Source: a virus
Lineage: Duplodnaviria > Caudoviricetes
DNA length: 61,688 nucleotides
Direction: 5' to 3' (one strand)
IMG/VR virus record: IMGVR_UViG_3300042520_002382
Coordinates: 1-61,688 of that record
The position numbers were made by a program, and so were the translations under genes. This document shows, one piece after another, positions 1 to 8,812 of this stretch. Every line of letters begins with the position of its first letter. Positions within the stretch are counted from its first letter, which is position 1. The notes beneath the pieces were generated by a model. The model was given only the letters and a program-made list of their open reading frames with translations, searched no databases and was not told the DNA's origin.

Positions 1-249
1 AGACGGGCCAACCTCAGCGGGGCCGACCTCAGACGGGCCAACCTCAGCGGGGCCAACCTCAGCGAAGCCAACCTCAGCTGGGCCGACCTCAGCGGGGCCA
101 ACCTCAGCGGGGCCGACCTCAGCGGGGCCAACCTCAGCGGGGCCAACCTCAGCGGGGCCGACCTCAGACGGGCCAACCTCAGCGGGGCCGACCTCAGACG
201 GGCCAACCTCAGCTGGGCCGACCTCAGCGGGGCCAACCTCAGCGGGGCC
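1..249 (+). repeat. 15-bp tandem repeat encoding pentapeptides
   Basis: Units GCC(A/G)ACCTC plus AGCGGG, AGACGG, AGCTGG or AGCGAA. Confidence 0.95.
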
Positions 250-549
250 GTTGGCATCCCCATCGCAGCCGACGCGCCCCAACGACTCAGGGCTGCCGCC
301 GCCGCGGCGCTTGCTGATGGCGCGCTAGAGATGCGCAACTGGCATACCTGTGACACCACTCATTGCCTTGGTGGCTGGTTGATTCATCAGGCCGGAGAGG
401 TAGGCCGCCTGCTGGAGGCTACGGCTGGCCCAGAGGTCGCCGGGCTGATGCTGGGGGGCACCGAGGCGCACGCCCATTTGTACGACACAAATGAAGCCGC
501 TACCGAGTGGCTGCAGTCGGTTCTGGCGCGACCTGAGGTGCAGGCATGA
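1..549 (+). CDS. Pentapeptide-repeat protein, C-terminal part (continues from 61377..61688)
   Basis: Frame 1 is open from base 1: repeated A(N/D)L(S/R)x units, then a [13 protein letters not shown] domain ending at 549. Confidence 0.85.
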   Translation, partial: RRANLSGADLRRANLSGANLSEANLSWADLSGANLSGADLSGANLSGANLSGADLRRANLSGADLRRANLSWADLSGANLSGAVGIPIAADAPQRLRAAAAAALADGALEMRNWHTCDTTHCLGGWLIHQAGEVGRLLEATAGPEVAGLMLGGTEAHAHLYDTNEAATEWLQSVLARPEVQA

Positions 550-905
550 TTAAGCCATTGCCCCCCAAAACCCTGGCCTGGATGCGCCAGGCCGCCGCCC
601 TTGATGGCGACGCCTACTCCCAGTTGATTTTGCACATTCTGGAGCGCCTGGAGGCGCTGGAAAAGCACCCGATCCCCACCCCCGAGGCCGCCCCGACGGC
701 CGCGACTGACGGAGGGTTGGTGGAGCGGGTGACGAACGTGCTTGGGCATTACGGGGATGGGGCTGCCCGCGCCGTGATCCGCGAGGTGGCGGCGTGGTTG
801 AACGAGCGCGATACCAGTATCCAAAACGACCCGGGCTCCGCCGGCATGGAAGCGCCGTCTACTGACGACGCCATCCGGTGGCTGCGTGAGGAGGCCGACC
901 GATGA
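546..905 (+). CDS. Hypothetical protein; N-terminus paralogous to 60662..61024
   Basis: ATGA overlap; shared [20 protein letters not shown]. Confidence 0.7.
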   Translation: MIKPLPPKTLAWMRQAAALDGDAYSQLILHILERLEALEKHPIPTPEAAPTAATDGGLVERVTNVLGHYGDGAARAVIREVAAWLNERDTSIQNDPGSAGMEAPSTDDAIRWLREEADR

Positions 906-1207
906 AAACCCACACCCTCTACACCGGCACCGCCGGCACCGGCCGCCTGGTGATCACCGCAAGACCCACCGCTGCGGGCACGCCCCAGGCGCAGTGGCTG
1001 GTGCAGTTCATTCGCTGGGGCAAGAACGGAAAGATGTTGGACCAGTGCGCGGCCTGGATGCCCACGCTGGAGGCCTGGGAGCGAACCCGCTGGCACCCGA
1101 TCGGCAGCCGCCTAGTCCCGCCGGCCGTGCTGGCCGATGTTGTGGCCTGGCTGCGGGGCAGGCCAGTTGGCGAAGCTGAAGCAACCACTACCACGGAGGC
1201 ACCATGA
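902..1207 (+). CDS. Hypothetical protein
   Basis: ATGA overlaps at both ends. Confidence 0.65.
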   Translation: MKTHTLYTGTAGTGRLVITARPTAAGTPQAQWLVQFIRWGKNGKMLDQCAAWMPTLEAWERTRWHPIGSRLVPPAVLADVVAWLRGRPVGEAEATTTTEAP

Positions 1208-1668
1208 TCGTTCCAACTGCCAACTACCCAACCTCACGCGATTATCGCCAGCTTTGGGAACTGGCCCATACTGCAGCAGTCGTCTGCATTGTTGACATGG
1301 ACCATGGCAAGCCCGACACTTGCCGAGACATAGCCAGGACGGTTCATTCCCCCGAATGGTCTCCCGAGCTTGTGCAGGTTGGATCACGCGGGATCGGTCA
1401 CGTCTGGGCTGAATCGCTGGAAGCATTTATCGCCGGATGCGAGCAGTGCAACCTGGAGTGGCTGGTGCCGCCCGCTGTTTTGGCCCAGCCGGAGGCGGTG
1501 GGGGAGGGGCCAACACCAGCCGAGATTGACGAGCTGACGCAGCAACACACCAGCGATCTAGGCGACCTTCGGATAGGAGTTGCGCCCGAGGATGTGCCCG
1601 CCCTGGTTTACGCCGCCCTCGCCCGCTGGAACCGACGCGCCGCCCCGCCAGCGCCGGAGGGGCCATGA
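1204..1668 (+). CDS. Hypothetical protein
   Basis: Coupled ORF ending in a PPAPE module. Confidence 0.65.
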   Translation: MIVPTANYPTSRDYRQLWELAHTAAVVCIVDMDHGKPDTCRDIARTVHSPEWSPELVQVGSRGIGHVWAESLEAFIAGCEQCNLEWLVPPAVLAQPEAVGEGPTPAEIDELTQQHTSDLGDLRIGVAPEDVPALVYAALARWNRRAAPPAPEGP

Positions 1669-2075
1669 GCTGCGATTGTGACTGCGAGCAGCCTGCTGTT
1701 TACCGATCGAAGATCCAGCGTGCCAGAAAGAGCCACGCCTGCTGCGAGTGCGGCGGCCCCATCGCTCCCGGCGACTCTCACGAGTACGTCTTCGCCATCT
1801 GGGACGGCGATCCCAGCGGGGTCAGGACCTGCAGCCCTTGCCTGCAGCTGCGTGCCTGGGTCGCTGAGGTGGCCGACTGCCAGCCCTGCCACGGCGAGCT
1901 GGTTGACAGCGCCGCCGAAGAGTTGCGCAACATGACCGGCCCCCGGACCCCCGAGGTGCGCCAGCTGTGGTGGCGAGGCGCACGGTTCTATGCCCTGGCA
2001 TCCCGCCGCGTGCTGGCCGCTAAAGAGGCTAGGCGACTGCGGAAGGCCGCAACATCCCCCATACCCCAACCATGA
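1665..2075 (+). CDS. Cys-rich putative zinc-binding phage protein
   Basis: ARKSHACCECGGPI...RTCSPC motif; ATGA overlap. Confidence 0.7.
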   Translation: MSCDCDCEQPAVYRSKIQRARKSHACCECGGPIAPGDSHEYVFAIWDGDPSGVRTCSPCLQLRAWVAEVADCQPCHGELVDSAAEELRNMTGPRTPEVRQLWWRGARFYALASRRVLAAKEARRLRKAATSPIPQP

Positions 2076-2812
2076 CATCCCCCTCAGTGCGCCCCGCCGC
2101 CCCACCGACCCTGCCCGCCAACTACATCGACCCTGAACACCAAGGGGAGACTCTGGAGCTGCTGCAGACTTTCTACCAGGCCTGCAACGCTGAGGGCGGG
2201 ACAGCTGATGAGATTTATCTTCGGGGCATTCGAGCGGTGCTGGCTGCTCGCCCCGCCACCCCGCCAGCGCCGGAGGTGGGGGAGCAGCAGCGCAACGCGG
2301 TGATTGAAGCCGTTACCGAGGCACTGGGTAATGCGTACGACTGCTTGCGCGTATGGGAGGCCTGGGGCGTCGGGACAATGGGCGAGGATGATTTTGAGCT
2401 GGTAGCAGAAAACGGCGAGCGCGTGGTAGAGATTGCCGATGCGGCCATTGAGGCGATGCGCCCCACCACCCCACCAGCGCCGGAGGTGGGGGAGGTTGGG
2501 GAGGTGGGGGAGGTGGGGAAGGTGGGGGAGTTGGTGGCGTGGCTGCGCAGCATTAAGAGCCTGCAGGCTCAAAGAGCCGCCACCCGGCTCTCGCAGTTCT
2601 CCGCGCCCGCCCCGGCGGTGGTGGCGGTGAGTGAGCGGCTGCCGGGGGGAGGGGATTGCGATGCGGAGGGGAGGTGTTGGGCCTTCATGCCACTGTCGGC
2701 CACGCCATTCCCGAATTGGACTCTGATCTGGAGGGGCCACATAAAGCCTTACCACAGCCACTGGCTCCCCGCCCACGCCATCCCGATGCCCCAGGCCGGG
2801 GAGGTGGAGTAA
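2072..2812 (+). CDS. Mosaic hypothetical protein with PPAPEVGE repeats
   Basis: Coupled ORF; C-terminal VSERLP..DCDAEGRCW..HWLP module of phage accessory type. Confidence 0.7.
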   Translation: MTSPSVRPAAPPTLPANYIDPEHQGETLELLQTFYQACNAEGGTADEIYLRGIRAVLAARPATPPAPEVGEQQRNAVIEAVTEALGNAYDCLRVWEAWGVGTMGEDDFELVAENGERVVEIADAAIEAMRPTTPPAPEVGEVGEVGEVGKVGELVAWLRSIKSLQAQRAATRLSQFSAPAPAVVAVSERLPGGGDCDAEGRCWAFMPLSATPFPNWTLIWRGHIKPYHSHWLPAHAIPMPQAGEVE

Positions 2813-3060
2813 TGTTTAGCGTTCAACAAAAGCGACAGATTGCGGATGCCGTTCAGCGCATTTTGCGTGAAACCTGCCATCCTGAACTGCCGACTGGAGA
2901 GATTAGTTTCCATTTGCATGTTGACGGCGCCGCAAACTGGTCATGGGCTGACATTCGCAACAACGGGGCGATCAGTGTTCCCACTGTCAACCCATGGAAT
3001 GAGGAGCAGGCACAGCGCTGCCCACTTTTGCCCCAGGCCGCGGAGGTGCCCCATGCCTGA
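2812..3060 (+). CDS. Hypothetical protein (start MFSVQQK)
   Basis: TAATG overlap; in frame with track ORF 2656..3060. Confidence 0.65.
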   Translation: MFSVQQKRQIADAVQRILRETCHPELPTGEISFHLHVDGAANWSWADIRNNGAISVPTVNPWNEEQAQRCPLLPQAAEVPHA

Positions 3061-3253
3061 ATGCCTCCCCTTGAGCCCCGCTGCGCAGAAGGTGCTGACC
3101 GCCGCATTCATCTACCAACCTACCCCGGCGTCAACCCCGATCCAGTTGCCGCGCTGGATATGGATTCCAGCTCGATCTGGATCTCTCCCCGGCTACTGGG
3201 CACCCTGCGCTTACACCCGATGAGCACCCTCACCCCACCCCTTGAGAAATCCC

Positions 3254-3664
3254 ATGCCTGAATGCCTCCCCGACCGCCCCCTCTACATCCGCCAGCAAGG
3301 CTATCAATGGCTCGGCGCCGACCACCAGAACGGCCCCTGGCGACCGATCCCGGCGCCGCAGGCTGGGTTGCCATGGGCGACAGATGAATCGGCTGTGCAG
3401 AGCAGGGAACCGGCCTCCGTCGCTACTGAGGCTAGGCCCCTGAGCCCAGCCGCGCAGGCGGTGCTGGATGCGTTCCGCCCCACCAGTCACCACCGAAGGG
3501 CCATTGCCGCCGCCTTACGCGCTGCTGCGGATCAGGTGGTGCCGACAGAAATGGATCTGACTCCCAATTGGCCTGACCCTGGGCACTATCGACAACAGGA
3601 GCGACGGCTAACCCGCCAGCGCTTCCTCGCCCTCGCCGCCGAGCTGGAGGGATCCAATGGCTGA
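3254..3664 (+). CDS. Hypothetical protein
   Basis: ATG at 3254 in track ORF 3242..3664; PLSPAAQAVLDA...AIAAALRAAADQVVP module. Confidence 0.6.
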   Translation: MPECLPDRPLYIRQQGYQWLGADHQNGPWRPIPAPQAGLPWATDESAVQSREPASVATEARPLSPAAQAVLDAFRPTSHHRRAIAAALRAAADQVVPTEMDLTPNWPDPGHYRQQERRLTRQRFLALAAELEGSNG

Positions 3665-3774
3665 ACGCCTCCCCGACCCCCCCCTACATCCGCCAGCGCG
3701 GCGATCAATGGCAGGGTGCCGGCCACTTCTGCGCTGGCACCACCCCGGCGGCGGTCACCCATCCCCGGCTTCCG

Positions 3775-4149
3775 ATGAACACTCACCAACCCACCGAACC
3801 CATGAACACCACCCCACCACGCGACCCGCGCCCAGCTGAATGTGCGCCGGACATAAAGGATCTGGCCTTGCGACTCGAAAGCCCATCCAACCATCAAAGG
3901 CTGTGCGCTGATGCGCGGCTGGCCGCCACTTTTCTTAGGCAGCAGCAGCACCTAATGGGGCTATGCGCTAAGGAACTGGAATTACTGGAGCAGCCCACCG
4001 AACCCATGGACAAGCCTCCAGTCACCCTTGAAAGTCTCGCCAAAGAGGTGGAAGCGCTCAAGGCGCGATATCGCAAGAATATCAATATCGCAGCAGTTGA
4101 ATCACTTGTGATTTGGCTGATAATTCTGTATCTCTTTTTGCTGCCATGA
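3775..4149 (+). CDS. Hypothetical protein with C-terminal hydrophobic helix
   Basis: Track ORF; ends LVIWLIILYLFLLP. Confidence 0.5.
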   Translation: MNTHQPTEPMNTTPPRDPRPAECAPDIKDLALRLESPSNHQRLCADARLAATFLRQQQHLMGLCAKELELLEQPTEPMDKPPVTLESLAKEVEALKARYRKNINIAAVESLVIWLIILYLFLLP

Positions 4150-4331
4150 CTTCCGCTCCCGCATCACACCACACTGAACCCATGGACACCACCCCCCGCG
4201 ACCCGCACCTTCCGCCGCCTGAGGTTGTCGATTGGCTGCTGGAGCAGGACTGGAGCGAACGGATTTCGTCTAGGGGGCGAAACCCATAATCCCTGTCACG
4301 ATTGCCACAGCCCCCACGACCCCGAAGCTCT

Positions 4332-4694
4332 ATGACCGCCACCATCGCCCGCAACGGCCCTGATCTGATCATCACTGACCCGCCCCTGCGCCAGCCCTCC
4401 AGCAGCCGATGGGGAGTGTTCCTGTGGGTCGATCCTCTGCGCGCTCGATTTCGGTTGCTGCAGGCCGAGCCCGACGGCACGCCCGTGGTGGCCGTGGAAG
4501 CTGACGCCTCCTTGGTGGGCGGTGAATGGAGCCCCCGGCTTCCGCTCACGATCCCCACAGCCCTGGCCGCCAAGGCGTTCCAGCAGCTCCTGCAGCTCCA
4601 AGGCAGCGCCGAGGCCACCCCGCGCCAGCGCCTGGCTGCTGCCCGTGGCCGCATCAACCGCAACCGCAAGCCCCTCTACCTTCGCCGGCCATGA
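4332..4694 (+). CDS. Hypothetical protein
   Basis: ATG at 4332; ATGA overlap with dcd. Confidence 0.6.
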   Translation: MTATIARNGPDLIITDPPLRQPSSSRWGVFLWVDPLRARFRLLQAEPDGTPVVAVEADASLVGGEWSPRLPLTIPTALAAKAFQQLLQLQGSAEATPRQRLAAARGRINRNRKPLYLRRP

Positions 4695-5341
4695 CCACGC
4701 ACAGCCTTGCCCCCGCCGGCCCCATCCCTGACTGGCGGATCAGGGCCCTTGCCATGAGGGCGGGCATGATCAGCCCATTTAAGCCGGGGAAGGTGCGCTC
4801 AGTTGCGGAGCAAGAACTGGATGTGCCCGAAACCAATCGCTACAGCACCTTCCAGCGCCCAGCAATCAGCTACGGCACCAGCTCCTACGGGTATGACCTC
4901 ACCCTTTCGCCTAATGAATTTAGGATCTTTTGCCACGTCCCTGGCCTGATTGTCAACCCCAAACGGTTCGATGATCGCTGCCTGGTTCCGGCAGAGCTGC
5001 ACCACGATCGAGACGGATCCTATTTCATCCTCCCCGCTCACACTTATGCTCTAGGGGTAGTGATCGAGCGCCTCAAACTTCCGCCCAACGTCACCGCGCA
5101 ATTCATCGGCAAAAGCACCTACGCCCGCTGTGGCGTCATCGTCAACCTCACCCCCGGTGAAGCTGGCTGGGAGGGATACCTGACCTTAGAGATGAGCAAC
5201 AGCAGCGGCGCCGACTGCCGCATCTACGCCAATGAGGGCATCTGTCAGGCCCTGTTTTACGAAGGGGTGCCCTGTGATCGGCCCTATGGGGATGGGAAAT
5301 ATCAGGGGCAGGCGGCAGGGATGGCATTGGCGAGAGTTTGA
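4691..5341 (+). CDS. dcd: dCTP deaminase
   Basis: ISYGTSSYGYDL, GKSTYARCG, EAGWEGYLTLE, IYANEGICQ and GKYQGQ motifs. Confidence 0.93.
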   Translation: MTTHSLAPAGPIPDWRIRALAMRAGMISPFKPGKVRSVAEQELDVPETNRYSTFQRPAISYGTSSYGYDLTLSPNEFRIFCHVPGLIVNPKRFDDRCLVPAELHHDRDGSYFILPAHTYALGVVIERLKLPPNVTAQFIGKSTYARCGVIVNLTPGEAGWEGYLTLEMSNSSGADCRIYANEGICQALFYEGVPCDRPYGDGKYQGQAAGMALARV

Positions 5342-5397
5342 TCATACTGATACTTAATGCTCTGCCCCTTTATCACCACCACCACCGATGACCGACC

Positions 5398-5802
5398 ATG
5401 CTTGACGCCAACACCCCCGCCTTCCGCCAGCAGTACCCCAACGGCGCCACTGTCTACGACCGCACGGGCCGCAGGATCAGCGGCGTGGTGGCCTGCAACC
5501 CAGAGACGGGGGAGGTGATCCGCCACGGCAAGAGCCGCATCGTGGGCGCAATCTTGCGAATGGCCAGGGGCCGCCAGCAGCGCTGGGACCTTCCGGCTGA
5601 GTTCTGGCGCCACGGCTTCTGGCCCGCGCCGCTGACGATCAGGGCGAACACGCCACCTCCACCTAAGCACCCGATGTGCCGGTGCGTCCTGGAAGTGCTA
5701 CCAGATGATACCATCACAGTGATAGGAATTAACGGCCCCAATGAACACCTCAACGGCTCCTATACGGTGACTTCAGTGAGCCACAACACTATCACCCCCT
5801 AG
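5398..5802 (+). CDS. Hypothetical, possibly chimeric protein
   Basis: Track ORF; contains HPMCRC and LNGSYTVTSV segments. Confidence 0.5.
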   Translation: MLDANTPAFRQQYPNGATVYDRTGRRISGVVACNPETGEVIRHGKSRIVGAILRMARGRQQRWDLPAEFWRHGFWPAPLTIRANTPPPPKHPMCRCVLEVLPDDTITVIGINGPNEHLNGSYTVTSVSHNTITP

Positions 5803-5812
5803 CTGCTGAACC

Positions 5813-5977
5813 ATGACCGAAACAATGACAACAGCACTCCTCTGGGCGATGGCTGTTTTAGGGGCCTGGAATGGGATTAACATGATCGGGCGCATCTATT
5901 ACAGAGCCCCGTGGTGGCCGTATTCGTGGCATGTTTTCAGCGGGGCATGGGCCGCGTTGATTCTGTTAACACGCTGA
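5813..5977 (+). CDS. Small membrane protein (54 aa, not in ORF track)
   Basis: Manual translation MTETMTTALLWAMAVLGAW...WAALILLTR. Confidence 0.4.
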   Translation: MTETMTTALLWAMAVLGAWNGINMIGRIYYRAPWWPYSWHVFSGAWAALILLTR

Positions 5978-6004
5978 AGCTAACCCTCCGCCCATCACCC
6001 CCTG

Positions 6005-7552
6005 ATGCCCCTGAACCTCCTCCACCACGGCGCCGCGCACGCCTACCGGGGCTTCCCCGCCTGGCAGGAGGTGCAGTCGGCACGGGCGGCAGAGGGGGCC
6101 ATCCCGGCGGCAGTGGAGCCCTACACCAAGAGCTTTCGCGAGTACATCGCCGACGCCTACCCGCGGTTTCCCTTCACGCGCCACACCCTGCGGCTGATTG
6201 ATCTGGCGCAGCGGGTGGCCGATGGCGACCTGAGGCGCCTGATGGTAGAGCTGCCCCCCAGGCACTGGAAATCCACGATCTTCAGCCGATTCCTGCCGGG
6301 CTACTGCCTGCGGCGGTTCCCCGATCGCTCCGGCGGTATCTGCTGCCAGTCTCAAGACCTGGCGGTGGGCTTCAGCGAGGCCGCCCGCGATTACTTCGCC
6401 ACCAGCGGTGGCGTACTGAGCGCCAGCAAGGCCGGCAAGGAGGAGTGGGCCACGGCCGATGGGATCGGCTCGATCTGGACCGCAGGCATCGGCAAGGGCA
6501 CCGGCAAGCCCGGCCACTGGTTGTTCATTGATGACCCGATCAAGGGCCGCGAAGAGGCCGAGAGCGCCGCGTTCCGCCGGCAGGTTCACAACTGGTGGGA
6601 TTCGGTGCTCTCCACCCGTGAGGAGCCCAACAACAGCGTGGTGGTGGTTCACACGCGCTGGCACGAGGCCGACCTGATCGGCTACCTGCTCAGCAAGAAC
6701 CTGGAGCTGGAGAAGGAGGGCCTGGAGGACGACTGCGAGCGCTGGCACGTGGTCAGCCTCCCGATCGAGGCGGTGCCGGCCAACGACATCAAGCCTTTGC
6801 CGGCCACAGTCACCCGCGAGGCCGATAACCGGCAGCCGGGGGAGGCGCTGGATCCTGAGCGCTTCAACGAGCGGTGGATCAAGCGCAAGCGGGCCAACAT
6901 CCCCGACCGGGACTGGGAATCGATCTACCAGCAGCGCCCGAGCGCTGGCAAGGGCACGGTGTTTTTCTTGGATCGGATGCGGTTCTACGGCTGCCCGGCT
7001 TGGCCAGGCCAGGCAGGCGATCCCGATCTGCCTGCAGGCTTCATCCGCAAGATCCTGTCAGTAGATGCCACTTTTGACGACACCGCCGGCAGTGACATGG
7101 TGGCGATGACGCTATGGGGCCAAAGCCCGCAAGGTGCCTGGCTCTTGGACTTGGTGGATGAACGCCTCGACTTCCCGGCCACCGTGAGCATGATCCGCTC
7201 CATGCACCTACGGCACAGGTTTGGGCAGTTGGTGATCGAGAAAAAGGCCAACGGCGCTGCGGTGATCAAGACCCTCACGCAGGCCGCCCACGGCTATGAG
7301 GTGGTGGCCGCCGGAGTGGGTGACATGGGCGGCAAGGAATCCCGCGCCAATGCCGCCAGCGTGGAGTTCAACAACGGGAGAGTCTTCCTGCCTCGCTCTG
7401 CCCCCTGGAGCAACAAGGTCCGGGATCAGCTTGTGCAGTTCCCCGCGGCACCCTTCGATGACATCGTGGACAGCACGAGTCAGCTCCTGATCTTCCTCTC
7501 CGGCTCCGGCCCCATCAGCTTTGGCACCGTCAGCTATGGCCATGGCGCCTGA
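6005..7552 (+). CDS. terL: Terminase large subunit
   Basis: Walker A-like PPRHWKS, Walker B LFIDDP, TRWHEADL, YQQRP, nuclease acidic motifs SVD and DDIVD. Confidence 0.95.
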   Translation: MPLNLLHHGAAHAYRGFPAWQEVQSARAAEGAIPAAVEPYTKSFREYIADAYPRFPFTRHTLRLIDLAQRVADGDLRRLMVELPPRHWKSTIFSRFLPGYCLRRFPDRSGGICCQSQDLAVGFSEAARDYFATSGGVLSASKAGKEEWATADGIGSIWTAGIGKGTGKPGHWLFIDDPIKGREEAESAAFRRQVHNWWDSVLSTREEPNNSVVVVHTRWHEADLIGYLLSKNLELEKEGLEDDCERWHVVSLPIEAVPANDIKPLPATVTREADNRQPGEALDPERFNERWIKRKRANIPDRDWESIYQQRPSAGKGTVFFLDRMRFYGCPAWPGQAGDPDLPAGFIRKILSVDATFDDTAGSDMVAMTLWGQSPQGAWLLDLVDERLDFPATVSMIRSMHLRHRFGQLVIEKKANGAAVIKTLTQAAHGYEVVAAGVGDMGGKESRANAASVEFNNGRVFLPRSAPWSNKVRDQLVQFPAAPFDDIVDSTSQLLIFLSGSGPISFGTVSYGHGA

Positions 7553-7640
7553 CCACCCGGCCAAGGCCCCAGGCGGCGCCAAGAACGGGGGTGGCGGATG
7601 GGGCGATAATGGCAGCGAAAGCGGGCCTATCTTGCCGGTG

Positions 7641-8555
7641 ATGGCTACCACACCTCGGGCCCGCCAAAAGGTCGGCCGCCTGAGCAACAGCGAATATCGC
7701 GCCGAGGCCGGCCCGTGTCCTGATCTGGATCGGCTGGGGAGCTTTCCGCCGCCTACGGCAACGTCCGAGCAGTTGGCCATTGACAACCTGAAGCTCGCCA
7801 CGGCCATGGCCAACCGGCTGGCGCGGCGAACGCAGATGCCGTTTGACGACCTGCACATGGTCGCGGTCCGGGGGCTGCTAAACGGCTGCCGCCGGTACGA
7901 CCCCTCCACGGGCAACAAGCTCTCAACCTGCGTGGTGCCCTTCATCCGCGGCGCCATGGCCCAGTGGCTGCGGGACAAGGGCCACAGCAGCGGCGTGAAG
8001 TTCCCCGATCGCTGGCGCGACAAGGCCCCGGTGGTGCGGCGCATGGTGGCCGATGGCGCCACCCTCTCGGCCGTGGTGGAGGCCACCGGGCTGGAGGCGG
8101 CAGAGGTTGGGGAGATCCTGGAGGCCCAAGGCGCCACCCGCAGCCTGGATCACGAGAGCTATCAGGCTGAGCGCGAGGGCCGCCACGACTACGAACCCGA
8201 CCCATGGGATGAAATCGAGGCCTGCGACGAGTTGAATGACGCCCTGCGGGTCGCCGACGAGGCCCATGCCGCCCTGCGGTGGGCGGATCGGCTGATGCTG
8301 GAGCGGGCCTGGGAGATAATGCCCCGGCGGCAGTTGGCCCGGATGCCCCATGGGCAGTTCCTGCGGCATGCCGAGGGCATCCTCCGCGGGGAACGCCTGA
8401 GGCCTCACGAGGAGCGGGAGCCGCCGTCCCTGATGGTGCCCGTGGCCGGCGCCACGGACGGGGCCCGCAGGCGCGTCACGGAGCCTCGGGAGATCCTGCA
8501 GGCGGCGGAGCAGTTGGGGTTGTTCGATGCCTGTCGTGATGGGGGCCAGCCGTGA
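7641..8555 (+). CDS. Phage RNA polymerase sigma factor, group 3 SigF/SigB-like
   Basis: Region 2 NLKLA...DDLHMVAVRGLLNGCRRYDPSTGNKLSTCVVPFIRGAMAQWLRD and region 3 ..SLD; start 7641 chosen within track ORF 7521..8555. Confidence 0.85.
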   Translation: MATTPRARQKVGRLSNSEYRAEAGPCPDLDRLGSFPPPTATSEQLAIDNLKLATAMANRLARRTQMPFDDLHMVAVRGLLNGCRRYDPSTGNKLSTCVVPFIRGAMAQWLRDKGHSSGVKFPDRWRDKAPVVRRMVADGATLSAVVEATGLEAAEVGEILEAQGATRSLDHESYQAEREGRHDYEPDPWDEIEACDELNDALRVADEAHAALRWADRLMLERAWEIMPRRQLARMPHGQFLRHAEGILRGERLRPHEEREPPSLMVPVAGATDGARRRVTEPREILQAAEQLGLFDACRDGGQP

Positions 8556-8767
8556 CCACCCTCCCGGCACACATTCGCCGCTGCCCTGGAGACGGCAGCC
8601 TTGAGGATGGCGAATGGCACTGGCGCGATGGGTGCGACGACTGCCTGCGACGAACCGCTCCAGGTGGCCGGCGAGGGATGGAGCCGCCGCCGATCATCGC
8701 TTTCGAGTGTGAGTACCGCATTGGGCCGGGTGACGAGCGCTTGCCCCTGCACCCGCCCCAACCCTGA
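8552..8767 (+). CDS. Small Cys-rich protein; paralog of 24831..25040
   Basis: RCPG..EDGEWxWRxGCDDCxRRT..PPPIxxFECE shared. Confidence 0.65.
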   Translation: MTTLPAHIRRCPGDGSLEDGEWHWRDGCDDCLRRTAPGGRRGMEPPPIIAFECEYRIGPGDERLPLHPPQP

Positions 8768-8779
8768 CCCCAGCCAGAG

Positions 8780-8789
8780 CGGGAAAACT
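8780..8789 (+). promoter_or_regulatory. Putative late promoter motif CGGGAAAACT (portal)
   Basis: One of 16 identical 10-mers; 23 nt before start. Confidence 0.75.
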
Positions 8790-8812
8790 GCTCCCAGAAG
8801 GCATAGGCAGCG

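Noticed and set aside
4691-5341. dcd as a sign of modified-base DNA
   Set aside because: No accompanying polymerase, thymidylate synthase homolog or base-modification genes were recognised
6251-6277. TerL Walker A reading PPRHWKS rather than PPRHGKS
   Set aside because: That position varies among terminases and the Lys-Ser and other motifs are intact, so there is no evidence of inactivation
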